From IMG/VR virus record IMGVR_UViG_3300045136_000429: a stretch of 37,322 nucleotides of DNA; one strand, given 5' to 3'. Below, in pieces: positions 1-7,001 of this stretch (its first letter is position 1; every line of letters starts with the position of its first letter). Below the pieces are notes generated by a model. The model saw nothing but the letters and a program-made list of their open reading frames with translations, searched no databases and had not been told where the DNA came from. The position numbers and the translations under genes were made by a program. The stretch is from a virus.

Positions 1-127
1 ATCCGCGACCTGCGCGCGGAGAACGTTCGGCTCCGCGATCGCCTGCGGGCGCTCGAGACGGAGGCCGCGCTCGCGAGGACGACATGAGCCCAGCGAACGA
101 CGAGATCCTCTACCGCGTCACGCGACG
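1..127. repeat. Terminal direct repeat copy 1, identical to 37196-37322 (circular-assembly overlap)
   Basis: Bases 1-127 match 37196-37322 base for base when read by eye. Both copies sit exactly at the window ends. Confidence 0.9.
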
Positions 128-212
128 GCCGTTGCTCGCGATCGTCGTCGGCGGCTGGGGGAACAAGCTCCCGCGGCCCCTCGTGCTCGAGCTCCTCGGA
201 GGCGCGGTATGA
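84..212 (+). CDS. Small ORF (42 aa) resembling an internal/C-terminal fragment of the DUF1643 protein encoded at 35026-35940
   Basis: Reads [32 protein letters not shown], compared with PANDSILYRVTRTPLPAIVVGGWGNKLPRR in the 35026-35940 product. ATGA overlap with the upstream gene (equivalent position 37279-37282) and with the methyltransferase start at 209. Confidence 0.4.
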   Translation: MSPANDEILYRVTRRPLLAIVVGGWGNKLPRPLVLELLGGAV

Positions 213-1126
213 CGGAGCCCTTCGTCCTCGAGGTCTGCTGCTGCTCGGGCGGCATGGCCGAGGGATTCCGCCGCGCCGGCCTGCCGGTGACGATGGCGAT
301 CGACTACGACCCCGACGCGTGCGCCTCGTACGAGGCGAACATGGGGCACGCGCCGATCCGAATGGACGCGCGCGATCTGCTGCGCATGGCTCGCGCGGGA
401 TGGCGCACTGAGCGCCCGATCGATCTGCTCATCGCCGATCCGCCGTGCACGCCCTGGTCGCGCGCGGGCAAGCGGCTCGGGCTGCGCGACGAGCGAGACA
501 TGCTGCGCGTCACGGTCGAGCTCGTCGAGGTTCTCCGTCCGCGCGCGTACCTCATCGCGAACATCCCAGGCCTCGACGACGAACCGAACTGGCCCGTCGT
601 GCAGGAGACGATCGGAGGCCTGTCGCGGCACGGCTACTGCTCTGCCGACTTCGCTCGGCTCGATGCGGCGGACTTCGGCGTCCCGCAGCACCGCGTGCGG
701 CCGTTCTGGTACGGTCACCTCGACGGCCCGTGCGTCGTCTGGCCGTCGCGCACGCACGGCAGCCCGGAAGAGTGCGGGCCCACGCTCCCAGGGATCGAGC
801 CGCTCCGCCCGTGGGTGACGTGCCGCGAAGCGCTCGGCCACCTCCCACCGAACGAGCTCGGCAAGCCGATCAAGCTCCGGCGGCGCGCGTGCAACGGCAG
901 GCAGCACGGGAGCGTGCTCGAGCGCCCGGCGCGCACGGTGGGGACGTCGAACCGTCTCCGACGGCAACGTGCTCCTCTCCGCGAGCCCGCGGTATGTCTC
1001 GCGCATCGACGAGCCGGCGCGGGTCGTGACCTGCCGCGACAACCGCCAGGAGACGACCTCGACGACGACGGCGGACAAGATCATCGCGTGGCCGTGGGAT
1101 GCGCCAGCGACGACGATCTCGACTGA
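209..1126 (+). CDS. DNA (cytosine-5)-methyltransferase, N-terminal/catalytic portion; the reading frame breaks near 953-969
   Basis: Motif I-like EVCCCSGGMAEGF, motif IV ADPPCTPWS, motif VI-like IANIPGL and motif VIII VPQHRVRPFW. After about residue 250 the translation turns into Arg/Asp-rich nonsense. Confidence 0.8.
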   Translation: MTEPFVLEVCCCSGGMAEGFRRAGLPVTMAIDYDPDACASYEANMGHAPIRMDARDLLRMARAGWRTERPIDLLIADPPCTPWSRAGKRLGLRDERDMLRVTVELVEVLRPRAYLIANIPGLDDEPNWPVVQETIGGLSRHGYCSADFARLDAADFGVPQHRVRPFWYGHLDGPCVVWPSRTHGSPEECGPTLPGIEPLRPWVTCREALGHLPPNELGKPIKLRRRACNGRQHGSVLERPARTVGTSNRLRRQRAPLREPAVCLAHRRAGAGRDLPRQPPGDDLDDDGGQDHRVAVGCASDDDLD

Positions 1127-1361
1127 CGATCGCATCCCGCCGCGCGGGCACCATCCGGAGGATGGCTCGATCCTCTCGCAGCCGGTGGCGATCAAGCTCT
1201 CCGAGAAGGCGGCAGCGATCCTCCAGGGCTTCCCGGAGGGTTGGACATTCTGCGGGAAGACGAAGGAGTCGCGCTGGTCGCAGATCGGCATGGCGATGCC
1301 GCCCGGGCTCGCCGAGCCGGTCGCTCGCGCGATCCGGCGTGCGATGGGAGGTGCGCGGTGA
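969..1361 (+). CDS. DNA (cytosine-5)-methyltransferase, C-terminal portion (motifs IX-X), in the +1 frame relative to 209-1126
   Basis: LSEKAAAILQGFPEGWTFCG and SRWSQIGMAMPPGLAEPVARAI match the conserved QGFP and IGNAVPP C-terminal motifs of C5 methyltransferases. This frame is open upstream of 969 without a start codon. Confidence 0.75.
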   Translation: MLLSASPRYVSRIDEPARVVTCRDNRQETTSTTTADKIIAWPWDAPATTISTDDRIPPRGHHPEDGSILSQPVAIKLSEKAAAILQGFPEGWTFCGKTKESRWSQIGMAMPPGLAEPVARAIRRAMGGAR

Positions 1362-1431
1362 CTCGCGCCCGCGAGGCGCTGCTTCCGGAGGTGAGCGCGC
1401 GCGGCGCCAAGGCGGCGAGACGGAGGTGTGC

Positions 1432-1788
1432 ATGACCAGCAAGCAGCAGGAGATTCCCCGCGTGACCGTTATCCAGGACGAGGCCAACTACCGCAGGCTG
1501 TCGGAGCCGTTCTCTAGCTTCGACGAAGTGGACGATGCGCTCCTGGGCTTCACGAAGGAGCTGAGGGAGATCCGAAACAAGTACAGGCTCCGCGACGTCT
1601 ACGTCGTCATCTCAGGCAGCGCGATCGGCGAGGACGGCGTCGAGCGCGAGTGGATCGTCTCGCAGATGCACGGCGACGGTCTGCGCGCGGAGACCATGGC
1701 GGCGTGGGCGTACGGCCAGGAGTCGGCGCGGCACGCCGAGGCGATCGCCGAGCTCGTCGGCGCTGGCGGGAGCGCGCGGAGGAAGTGA
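1432..1788 (+). CDS. Hypothetical protein (118 aa)
   Basis: ATG preceded by GGAGG. High GC3. The stop overlaps the next start (ATGA-type overlap at 1786-1790). Confidence 0.6.
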   Translation: MTSKQQEIPRVTVIQDEANYRRLSEPFSSFDEVDDALLGFTKELREIRNKYRLRDVYVVISGSAIGEDGVEREWIVSQMHGDGLRAETMAAWAYGQESARHAEAIAELVGAGGSARRK

Positions 1789-2300
1789 TGCGGACGACGA
1801 CGCCGAGGGCCGGAGGCGCTCCGCGTCCGGGAGTACCCGCGATGATGAGAGAGAATCCGAGGGAGCGCCCGATCCTGTTCTCCGGCCCGATGGTGCACGC
1901 GCTCCTCGACGGACGGAAGACGGTCACGCGGCGGATCGTGCGCGAGCGCGAGGGCTGTCGGATCGACGTCACGCGCGACGGCGTCCCGGTCTACGTGACG
2001 GGCGCGCCCGACGATGGCGGCGAGCCGATCCCGTGTCCGTCCCGCATCACCCTCGAGCTCACCGACGTGCGCGCCGAGCGCCTTCACGACATCACGGAGG
2101 AGGACGCGCGCGCGGAGGGTGTGACGCCGTTCCGCAAGGACCCCGAGGGCGACTGCTGGAGCGACGGCACGCATCGCACGGCGTTCGAATTTCTATGGAA
2201 CGAGATCCACGGCTGGAGCCCGAACGCGTGGGAGCAAAACCCATGGGTCTGGCGGCTGGCGTTTCGCCGCATCGAGAAGGAGATAAACCATGGCCGCTGA
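1788..2300 (+). CDS. ASCH-domain protein
   Basis: PILFSGPMVHALLDGRKTVTRR is the typical N-terminal ASCH signature seen in phage proteins. The start is uncertain (1788 or the MMRENP Met about 54 nt downstream). Confidence 0.65.
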   Translation: MRTTTPRAGGAPRPGVPAMMRENPRERPILFSGPMVHALLDGRKTVTRRIVREREGCRIDVTRDGVPVYVTGAPDDGGEPIPCPSRITLELTDVRAERLHDITEEDARAEGVTPFRKDPEGDCWSDGTHRTAFEFLWNEIHGWSPNAWEQNPWVWRLAFRRIEKEINHGR

Positions 2301-3099
2301 CTCGACGCTCGACGTGCCCCGCGGCACGATCAACTTCCACAACACGCACCACGTCCCCTCGGTCGCCGACGCTCGCGACGCGGTGATCGCCGCCGCGCGG
2401 GCGTGGGTCTTCGCCGGCCCGTCCGGCGATCGGGATAACCCGACGGACGCCTTCAAGCTCGCGGCGGACCTGTCGCGAGCGGTGCGCACGCTCGTCGACG
2501 CCGAGGAGACGTGGGGCGCGGCCGCCGACCTCGTACGCGGCGCGGAAGACCGAGCCGCCGAGAAGGAGCGGCTGGCTACGGAAGCGTGGGCCGAGGTTCG
2601 GCGCCTCAGGGCCGCTCTGCGTGAGGCGCACGGCCAGCTGGTGATGGCTGAGACGACGAACGAGCGCGACGCCGCCATTGCTCGTGCCGAACAGGCCGAG
2701 CGCGAGCGCGACGAGCTGGAGGCACGCGTGCGGGAGCTGGAGGCGGCGCTCGGCGACTCGCCTGCCGTGAGCACGCCCCGCCTGCGCCGCGGCGATGTCG
2801 TTCGCGTCAAGGGCTCCGCGCTGGTCGAGCTGCGATACCGCCCCGTGCTCGCGCGCGCGGCCGGGGCCTCGGAGCGCCTGCCAGATTCGATGGCGCTGAC
2901 GTGTCCGGGCCCCCTCGGAGCGGGCGCCGGGGCCCCTCGGGGCCTCGGAGCGGGCGCCGGGGCCCCTCGGGGCCTCGGAGCGGGCGCCGGGGCCCCTCGG
3001 AGCGGGCGCCGGGGCCCCTCGGAGCGGGCGCCGGGGCCCCTCGGGGCCTCCTCGTACGTCGAGGGGCTCGTCGAGAGGGACGCGAGGCAGGCGAAGTGA
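2290..3099 (+). CDS. Coiled-coil protein carrying an internal GC-rich tandem repeat; partial paralog of the 34526-35029 product
   Basis: Ala/Glu/Arg-rich heptad-like middle region. TPRLRRGDVVRVKGSALVELRYR matches APRLRRGDVVRVKGSALVEIRYR in the other gene. Followed by GAGAGAPRGL repeats. Confidence 0.6.
   Translation: MAADSTLDVPRGTINFHNTHHVPSVADARDAVIAAARAWVFAGPSGDRDNPTDAFKLAADLSRAVRTLVDAEETWGAAADLVRGAEDRAAEKERLATEAWAEVRRLRAALREAHGQLVMAETTNERDAAIARAEQAERERDELEARVRELEAALGDSPAVSTPRLRRGDVVRVKGSALVELRYRPVLARAAGASERLPDSMALTCPGPLGAGAGAPRGLGAGAGAPRGLGAGAGAPRSGRRGPSERAPGPLGASSYVEGLVERDARQAK
2916..3049. repeat. Tandem repeat: five copies of the 22-mer CGGAGCGGGCGCCGGGGCCCCT, three of them followed by the 8-nt CGGGGCCT (unit lengths 30, 30, 22, 22, 30)
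   Basis: Counted directly from the sequence. Units start at 2916, 2946, 2976, 2998 and 3020. Confidence 0.85.
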
Positions 3100-3169
3100 G
3101 CCGGGCAATCGAGTCGGCACCGACTTGTGCATCCGGCGCTGAGGAGTCGCCGAGAAAGGAGTGACGGAC

Positions 3170-3580
3170 ATGAACGAGCTGAAGTGGAGCTACTCCGACG
3201 ACCAGTGGTCGGAGGAGTGGTCAGGAACCTGCGCCTCTAGGCAGGAGGCGATCGAGCAAGGGACCGCCGAGTACGGCGGCAAGCCGTTCTATGTGGCTCC
3301 GTTCCGTAAGCCGTCGCCTCTGGAGATGTTTCCTCGAGTTGACGACTTCTTCGTCACCGCAGGGGCAAGGGCATACGAAGAAGCCGGCGTGGAGGACTGG
3401 CCCGCGCTCCCCGAGGAGGAGAGGGCGCGTTTCGCCAGGGAGTACGTGGCGCTGATCCTGCGGTACTTCCCGGACGTCCCGTTCTACGTGATGGCGGGCG
3501 GGGCCGAGCGCATCGACGAGGGGGGCGCGCTCACGGACGATGCAGCTACGCCGCGTCGTCAGGCCAGTTGCGGCGGATGA
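3170..3580 (+). CDS. Hypothetical protein (136 aa), last gene of the rightward operon
   Basis: ATG at 3170 preceded by AAGGAG. High GC3. Its 3' end overlaps the convergent endolysin gene by 35 nt. Confidence 0.6.
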   Translation: MNELKWSYSDDQWSEEWSGTCASRQEAIEQGTAEYGGKPFYVAPFRKPSPLEMFPRVDDFFVTAGARAYEEAGVEDWPALPEEERARFAREYVALILRYFPDVPFYVMAGGAERIDEGGALTDDAATPRRQASCGG

Positions 3581-4358
3581 CGTCGTCCACCGAGTCGCGC
3601 GGGTGCTCGACGGGTGGGTGTACGATGCGGAAGTCCGCGACGGGCTGCACCGGCGCGTCGACGATGGTGGGCTCGTCGTCCTCGTCGTCGGTGCGGCTCT
3701 CCACGGCGTCGCCGACGACCCAGCTCGGGAGCCGACCGAGATGGTCGCACTGCACGCTGTTGGTGTCGACGAGCACGCCGGTGTTGCGCCAGATCATCCC
3801 GTTGGACTGGCCGTGCCAGTCCTGGCGCATGCACCACCCGCACCTCGGGTACGCGTCGCGTCCGCTTCGGTCGACGCACCGGCCGATGCCGAGCCAGTAG
3901 CGGACGACGCCGAGGGCGTAGAGCTCTTCGCCCGTGAGGGGTTGCGGAGAGCCCACGTAGAGCCCCGGCATCCACCCACCCCCCTTGATGTCGCGCGCCC
4001 ACGTGTTGATCAACGTCGTGAGCTGCGCGAGGCCGCTCGGTGTCTGCCCCATGTTCCAGGGGTCGAGCCCCTCGAGGTCGAGCCACACCGTCGTGCCGGC
4101 GGGGATGCCGAGCGCTCGGAGCTGCGCGATCTCGTCTGCCGCGCCGTCCTTGTACTCGCCCGCGAACGTCACGGGCATGAAGGCGAGGCCAGCGTCGAGC
4201 ACGTAGCGCAGGCGCGTCGCGGTCATCGCGCCGAGGTAGCCGACCAGACCGTCAACGCCCGTGGCTTTCAGCGCGCGCGCCTGAGCCTCCGTTCCGCTCT
4301 GCGAGAACGGCAGGCTGTCGACGATGCGGGACCCGACGGGAACAACCTCGACTCTCAT
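3546..4358 (-). CDS. Putative endolysin (glycoside-hydrolase-like, DUF1906/GH25-like fold)
   Basis: Last gene of the late strand, directly after small membrane ORFs. The segments GVDGLVGYLG and TVWLDLEG resemble the Rv2525c/DUF1906-type TIM-barrel hydrolase family (from memory). Start at 4358 with an ATGA overlap. Confidence 0.55.
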   Translation of the reverse strand: MRVEVVPVGSRIVDSLPFSQSGTEAQARALKATGVDGLVGYLGAMTATRLRYVLDAGLAFMPVTFAGEYKDGAADEIAQLRALGIPAGTTVWLDLEGLDPWNMGQTPSGLAQLTTLINTWARDIKGGGWMPGLYVGSPQPLTGEELYALGVVRYWLGIGRCVDRSGRDAYPRCGWCMRQDWHGQSNGMIWRNTGVLVDTNSVQCDHLGRLPSWVVGDAVESRTDDEDDEPTIVDAPVQPVADFRIVHPPVEHPRDSVDDVIRRNWPDDAA

Positions 4359-4456
4359 GCGCAGCCTTTCACGAGAATGAGCGCCCAAACCGCGATGACG
4401 AGCAACATCGCGATGCCGAGGCCGGCCTCTTCGATCGGGCGCGGATCGAAGATCAT
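4355..4456 (-). CDS. Small single-pass membrane protein (33 aa), holin/spanin-type lysis accessory candidate
   Basis: MIFDPRPIEEAGLGIAMLLVIAVWALILVKGCA contains one hydrophobic helix. GGGAGG lies upstream of the ATG. ATGA overlap with the endolysin start. Confidence 0.55.
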   Translation of the reverse strand: MIFDPRPIEEAGLGIAMLLVIAVWALILVKGCA

Positions 4457-4689
4457 ACTCTCTCTCTCGCCTCCCTTGTGAGCTGATCGAACGTCGCTCG
4501 AACGTCCGGGTGCACGTACCCTCTCGTCGCGCAGAGAGGGCAAGCGACGAGCGTAGGCTCGTCGTCTCGACGGTCTTCTTCGGCACGTGGCTCGTCGCGG
4601 AAGCGCGGGTAGCCACGGAACGGGCGGACCCTCATCGTCGGTTGCAGATCCGACGGAAGGTGGTACGGGTCGCGCCTATCGGCCGCCAC
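4453..4689 (-). CDS. Small hypothetical protein in the lysis cassette (78 aa from GTG 4689, or 60 aa from ATG 4635)
   Basis: High GC3. GGAG lies 9 nt before the GTG. The stop overlaps the next start (ATGA). Contains CPLC. Confidence 0.45.
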   Translation of the reverse strand: MAADRRDPYHLPSDLQPTMRVRPFRGYPRFRDEPRAEEDRRDDEPTLVACPLCATRGYVHPDVRATFDQLTREARERV

Positions 4690-4840
4690 GGCGAATCCGC
4701 TCCGCCGCCTGCGCCGATGCAGACCGCTCCGGAAGGATGTCCCTCACGCGTCGCTGCACGCTCGGTGCGAGCATATCGAGCAGCCACGGGACCCACTCGA
4801 CAAGCGCGGCGAGCAGGCGGACCTTCGCATCATCGGCCAA
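4676..4840 (-). CDS. Possible small ORF (54 aa from TTG 4840, or 32 aa from ATG 4774), absent from the ORF track
   Basis: Hand translation gives LADDAKVRLLAALVEWVPWLLDMLAPSVQRRVRDILPERSASAQAAERIRRGGR with very high GC3. It fills an otherwise empty 140-nt gap. Confidence 0.3.
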   Translation of the reverse strand: MADDAKVRLLAALVEWVPWLLDMLAPSVQRRVRDILPERSASAQAAERIRRGGR

Positions 4841-5444
4841 GGCATGCCCCCGCTAGCTGCGGCGCAAGCCTCAGCGCGTCCTCGACGGCCGGAGGAGGTT
4901 TGCCGCCTGCTCGACGCACTGTATCGAGCACCCGACCTAGAGCGCTGGACGCATCACGCACGGCGCAGGCGATCCGACCGGTCTCGCCAGCCTGCCACGC
5001 GTCGATCATCTCCTCGGCCGTGATAAGCTGCTCGCGGGCCTCCCTCACGAACGTGGCGCAGCTCTCAGCTAGCTCGAGATCGCTCTTCGCGATCGCAATC
5101 GAGGCGCACGCCTCGTCGCCGACGCGAACGCCCTCGGCGACGGAGAGCACGACGGAACGGGCCGTCTCGCGCGGCGTCTCGGCGGGCCGGCAGCTCTGCC
5201 CGCCGATCGCCGTCGCGGCCGCGACGAGGAGCACAGCGCCAGGGCCGGCCGCGCCGTCACCCCTGTCCGTGAAATACTTGATGGCGGCCGTCGCACCCGC
5301 CCCGAACGCTGCCGAGAGCGTCGCGATGAGCGTTGGATCGGGTCTCTGCTCCGGGTCGATTCCTGGGCGAGACAGGAACACGATGGCGACAAGCAGCCCG
5401 AGGAGGACCGCGGCGAGCGAAATCGTCTTGGCGATCTGACCCAT
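4830..5444 (-). CDS. Membrane protein with 2-3 N-terminal transmembrane helices (holin or lysis-regulator candidate)
   Basis: Hydrophobic stretches ISLAAVLLGLLVAIVFL, LIATLSAAFGAGATAAI and GAVLLVAAATAIGG, followed by a soluble Cys-containing domain. First gene after late-motif copy 1. Confidence 0.55.
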   Translation of the reverse strand: MGQIAKTISLAAVLLGLLVAIVFLSRPGIDPEQRPDPTLIATLSAAFGAGATAAIKYFTDRGDGAAGPGAVLLVAAATAIGGQSCRPAETPRETARSVVLSVAEGVRVGDEACASIAIAKSDLELAESCATFVREAREQLITAEEMIDAWQAGETGRIACAVRDASSALGRVLDTVRRAGGKPPPAVEDALRLAPQLAGACLGR

Positions 5445-5459
5445 CGCCAGGGTCAGATC

Positions 5460-5476
5460 ACAAAAGAAGGCGTCAC
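5460..5476 (-). promoter_or_regulatory. Late intercistronic motif copy 1 (GTGACGCCTTCTTTTGT on the minus strand)
   Basis: Exact 17-mer. Lies 2 nt after the tail-fibre TAG stop and 15 nt before the ATG at 5444. Confidence 0.8.
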
Positions 5477-5477
5477 G

Positions 5478-6998
5478 CTACGACCACGCAAAGGTCTTCG
5501 TTATGCCGTTCGGGAGCCTCGCTTTGAGGAGCTCGCCCTCGAACCAGATGTAGATGCCGCCCGAGGGGTTGCCCGATGCGGAGCCCTGGGCCAGGTAGAT
5601 CACGTTCGTAGATCCGCTCCCGATCATCTCGGCGTTCTCGAACAGCGAGAGGCCGCGCGACGTGAGATAGAAGCCATTCGCCCCGCCCGCGGCGGCGTAG
5701 ATCGCGTTGTTCATCACGTCGATGCTCGACGACCCGTCCTGAATCTTGGTGCCGAACGAGCTGAGCTCGATCTTCAGCGCGCCGGCGCGCTGGAGCGTGA
5801 TGGTGCTCGTCGCGTTGATCGTCAGCGTGCTGCTCAAGGTCATACTCCCGACAACACCGCGTGCGTGCCAGTCGGTGAGCGTCGAGCCAAATGTCCACGC
5901 GTCCCCGGAGCCCCACGTGATTGCCGCCGCGTCGCTACCGCCGGACGTTCGGCCAACGACAACGAGGGTGCTGACACCACCGTTGTATGGCACGCGCACG
6001 TAGCCGGACGATGCTGGCGTTCCGCCACCGAGCGAGATGAAGCTCCCGCTCCCGCCCATGAATCCGGTGCCGATCGTCCAGTTCGACGCCGCGCCGAGCG
6101 CGCCGCTGCTGTTGATCAGCGGGTTGCCCGTCGAGCCGGGGAGCGCCGTGACGCCGGTGCCGCCCTTGTTGATGGGCAGCGTCCCGGTCGTCATGCTGCT
6201 GTTGAGGCTGATCGCGTCCCACGTGATCGTCCCGCTGCCGTTCGTAGTGAGGACCGTGTTCGCGCTGCCGGCCGCGAGCTTGGTGACGGTGATGCCGGCG
6301 TTGTTCGCCACGTGCGCGTTCGTGATCTGCACGAACGAGTTGCTCGATCCGTTGCTCGTCAACACCGTGTTGGCCGAGCCGGGGGCAAGCTTCGTCACGG
6401 CGATCGCGGCGTTGCTCGCCACATGCGCGTTCGTGATCTGCACGAACGTACCTCCGCTTCCGCTGCTGACGAGCACCGTGTTCGCGCTACCCCACGCGAG
6501 CGCGTTGGGGTCGAACGATCCGCCCGTGACGGTGGCGAGCCCAGAGCCGGAGACCGACGGGCCTCCGCCGCCGCCGCTCGCGGAGATCGTCACCTCGTTG
6601 GTGCCAGTGGAGATCGTGACGTTCGATCCAGCCTTGAGCGTGCGGAATGGGAGGTTCACGCCGCTCTTGGGGAGAGCGAGTTCCCCCTCGCCCGAGCCGA
6701 CGTTGCTCGTCGTGTTTGCCTCGCCCGGAGGCGGCATCGGACCAAGGTTCTTGAGGCCGCCGGCGCCGTCGAGGCCGACGACGTCGTTTGCGTTGCCGGC
6801 GGGGATCTCCGGCCCGTCACCGCCTCCGCTCGCGGAGATCGTGACCTTCGTCGCCTCCGTTGCCGGATCATCCTCGACATCGATCTCGACGCCGTCGCCC
6901 TCGATGAGCTCGATGACTGGGCGCTGCGGGTAGTTGACGCCCAGCTTGCGCAAGATCCAGGGCCCGAGGATAGTGCCGAGCCAACCCCAACGCGCCAT
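5478..6998 (-). CDS. Tail fibre protein with 37-aa tandem repeats
   Basis: GSANTVL(x)S(x)GS(x)FVQITNAHVA(x)NA(x)I(x)VTKLA(x) is repeated about 2.5 times (111-nt DNA period near 6313 and 6424). Gly/Ser/Thr-rich. Sits after the baseplate genes. Confidence 0.8.
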   Translation of the reverse strand: MARWGWLGTILGPWILRKLGVNYPQRPVIELIEGDGVEIDVEDDPATEATKVTISASGGGDGPEIPAGNANDVVGLDGAGGLKNLGPMPPPGEANTTSNVGSGEGELALPKSGVNLPFRTLKAGSNVTISTGTNEVTISASGGGGGPSVSGSGLATVTGGSFDPNALAWGSANTVLVSSGSGGTFVQITNAHVASNAAIAVTKLAPGSANTVLTSNGSSNSFVQITNAHVANNAGITVTKLAAGSANTVLTTNGSGTITWDAISLNSSMTTGTLPINKGGTGVTALPGSTGNPLINSSGALGAASNWTIGTGFMGGSGSFISLGGGTPASSGYVRVPYNGGVSTLVVVGRTSGGSDAAAITWGSGDAWTFGSTLTDWHARGVVGSMTLSSTLTINATSTITLQRAGALKIELSSFGTKIQDGSSSIDVMNNAIYAAAGGANGFYLTSRGLSLFENAEMIGSGSTNVIYLAQGSASGNPSGGIYIWFEGELLKARLPNGITKTFAWS

Positions 6999-7001
6999 CG
7001 A

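Noticed and set aside
1-127. The terminal repeats as LTR-like or IS-element ends, or as phage cos/DTR termini.
   Set aside because: They are direct repeats positioned exactly at the window ends and exactly 127 nt long, and they run through ordinary coupled coding sequence. An assembly overlap on a circle is the simpler reading, although a true DTR cannot be excluded without reads.
110-1291. 393-aa minus-strand ORF antisense to the methyltransferase. The same applies to similar long ORFs at 2092-3171(-), 5865-7427(+), 10410-11795(+), 15324-17096(+), 19511-21190(+), 23636-24703(+) and 31376-32569(-).
   Set aside because: All translate to Arg/Pro/Ala/Gly-rich low-complexity sequence without motifs, and each lies opposite a gene with clear family signatures and high GC3. 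They are typical shadow ORFs of very GC-rich DNA.
2916-3049. Possible CRISPR array. The same question was asked of the periodic repeat at about 36225-36495.
   Set aside because: The units are contiguous with no unique spacers of spacer-like length, and they lie inside coding sequence (Gly/Ala/Pro repeats and pentapeptide repeats respectively). No cas genes or leader are present.
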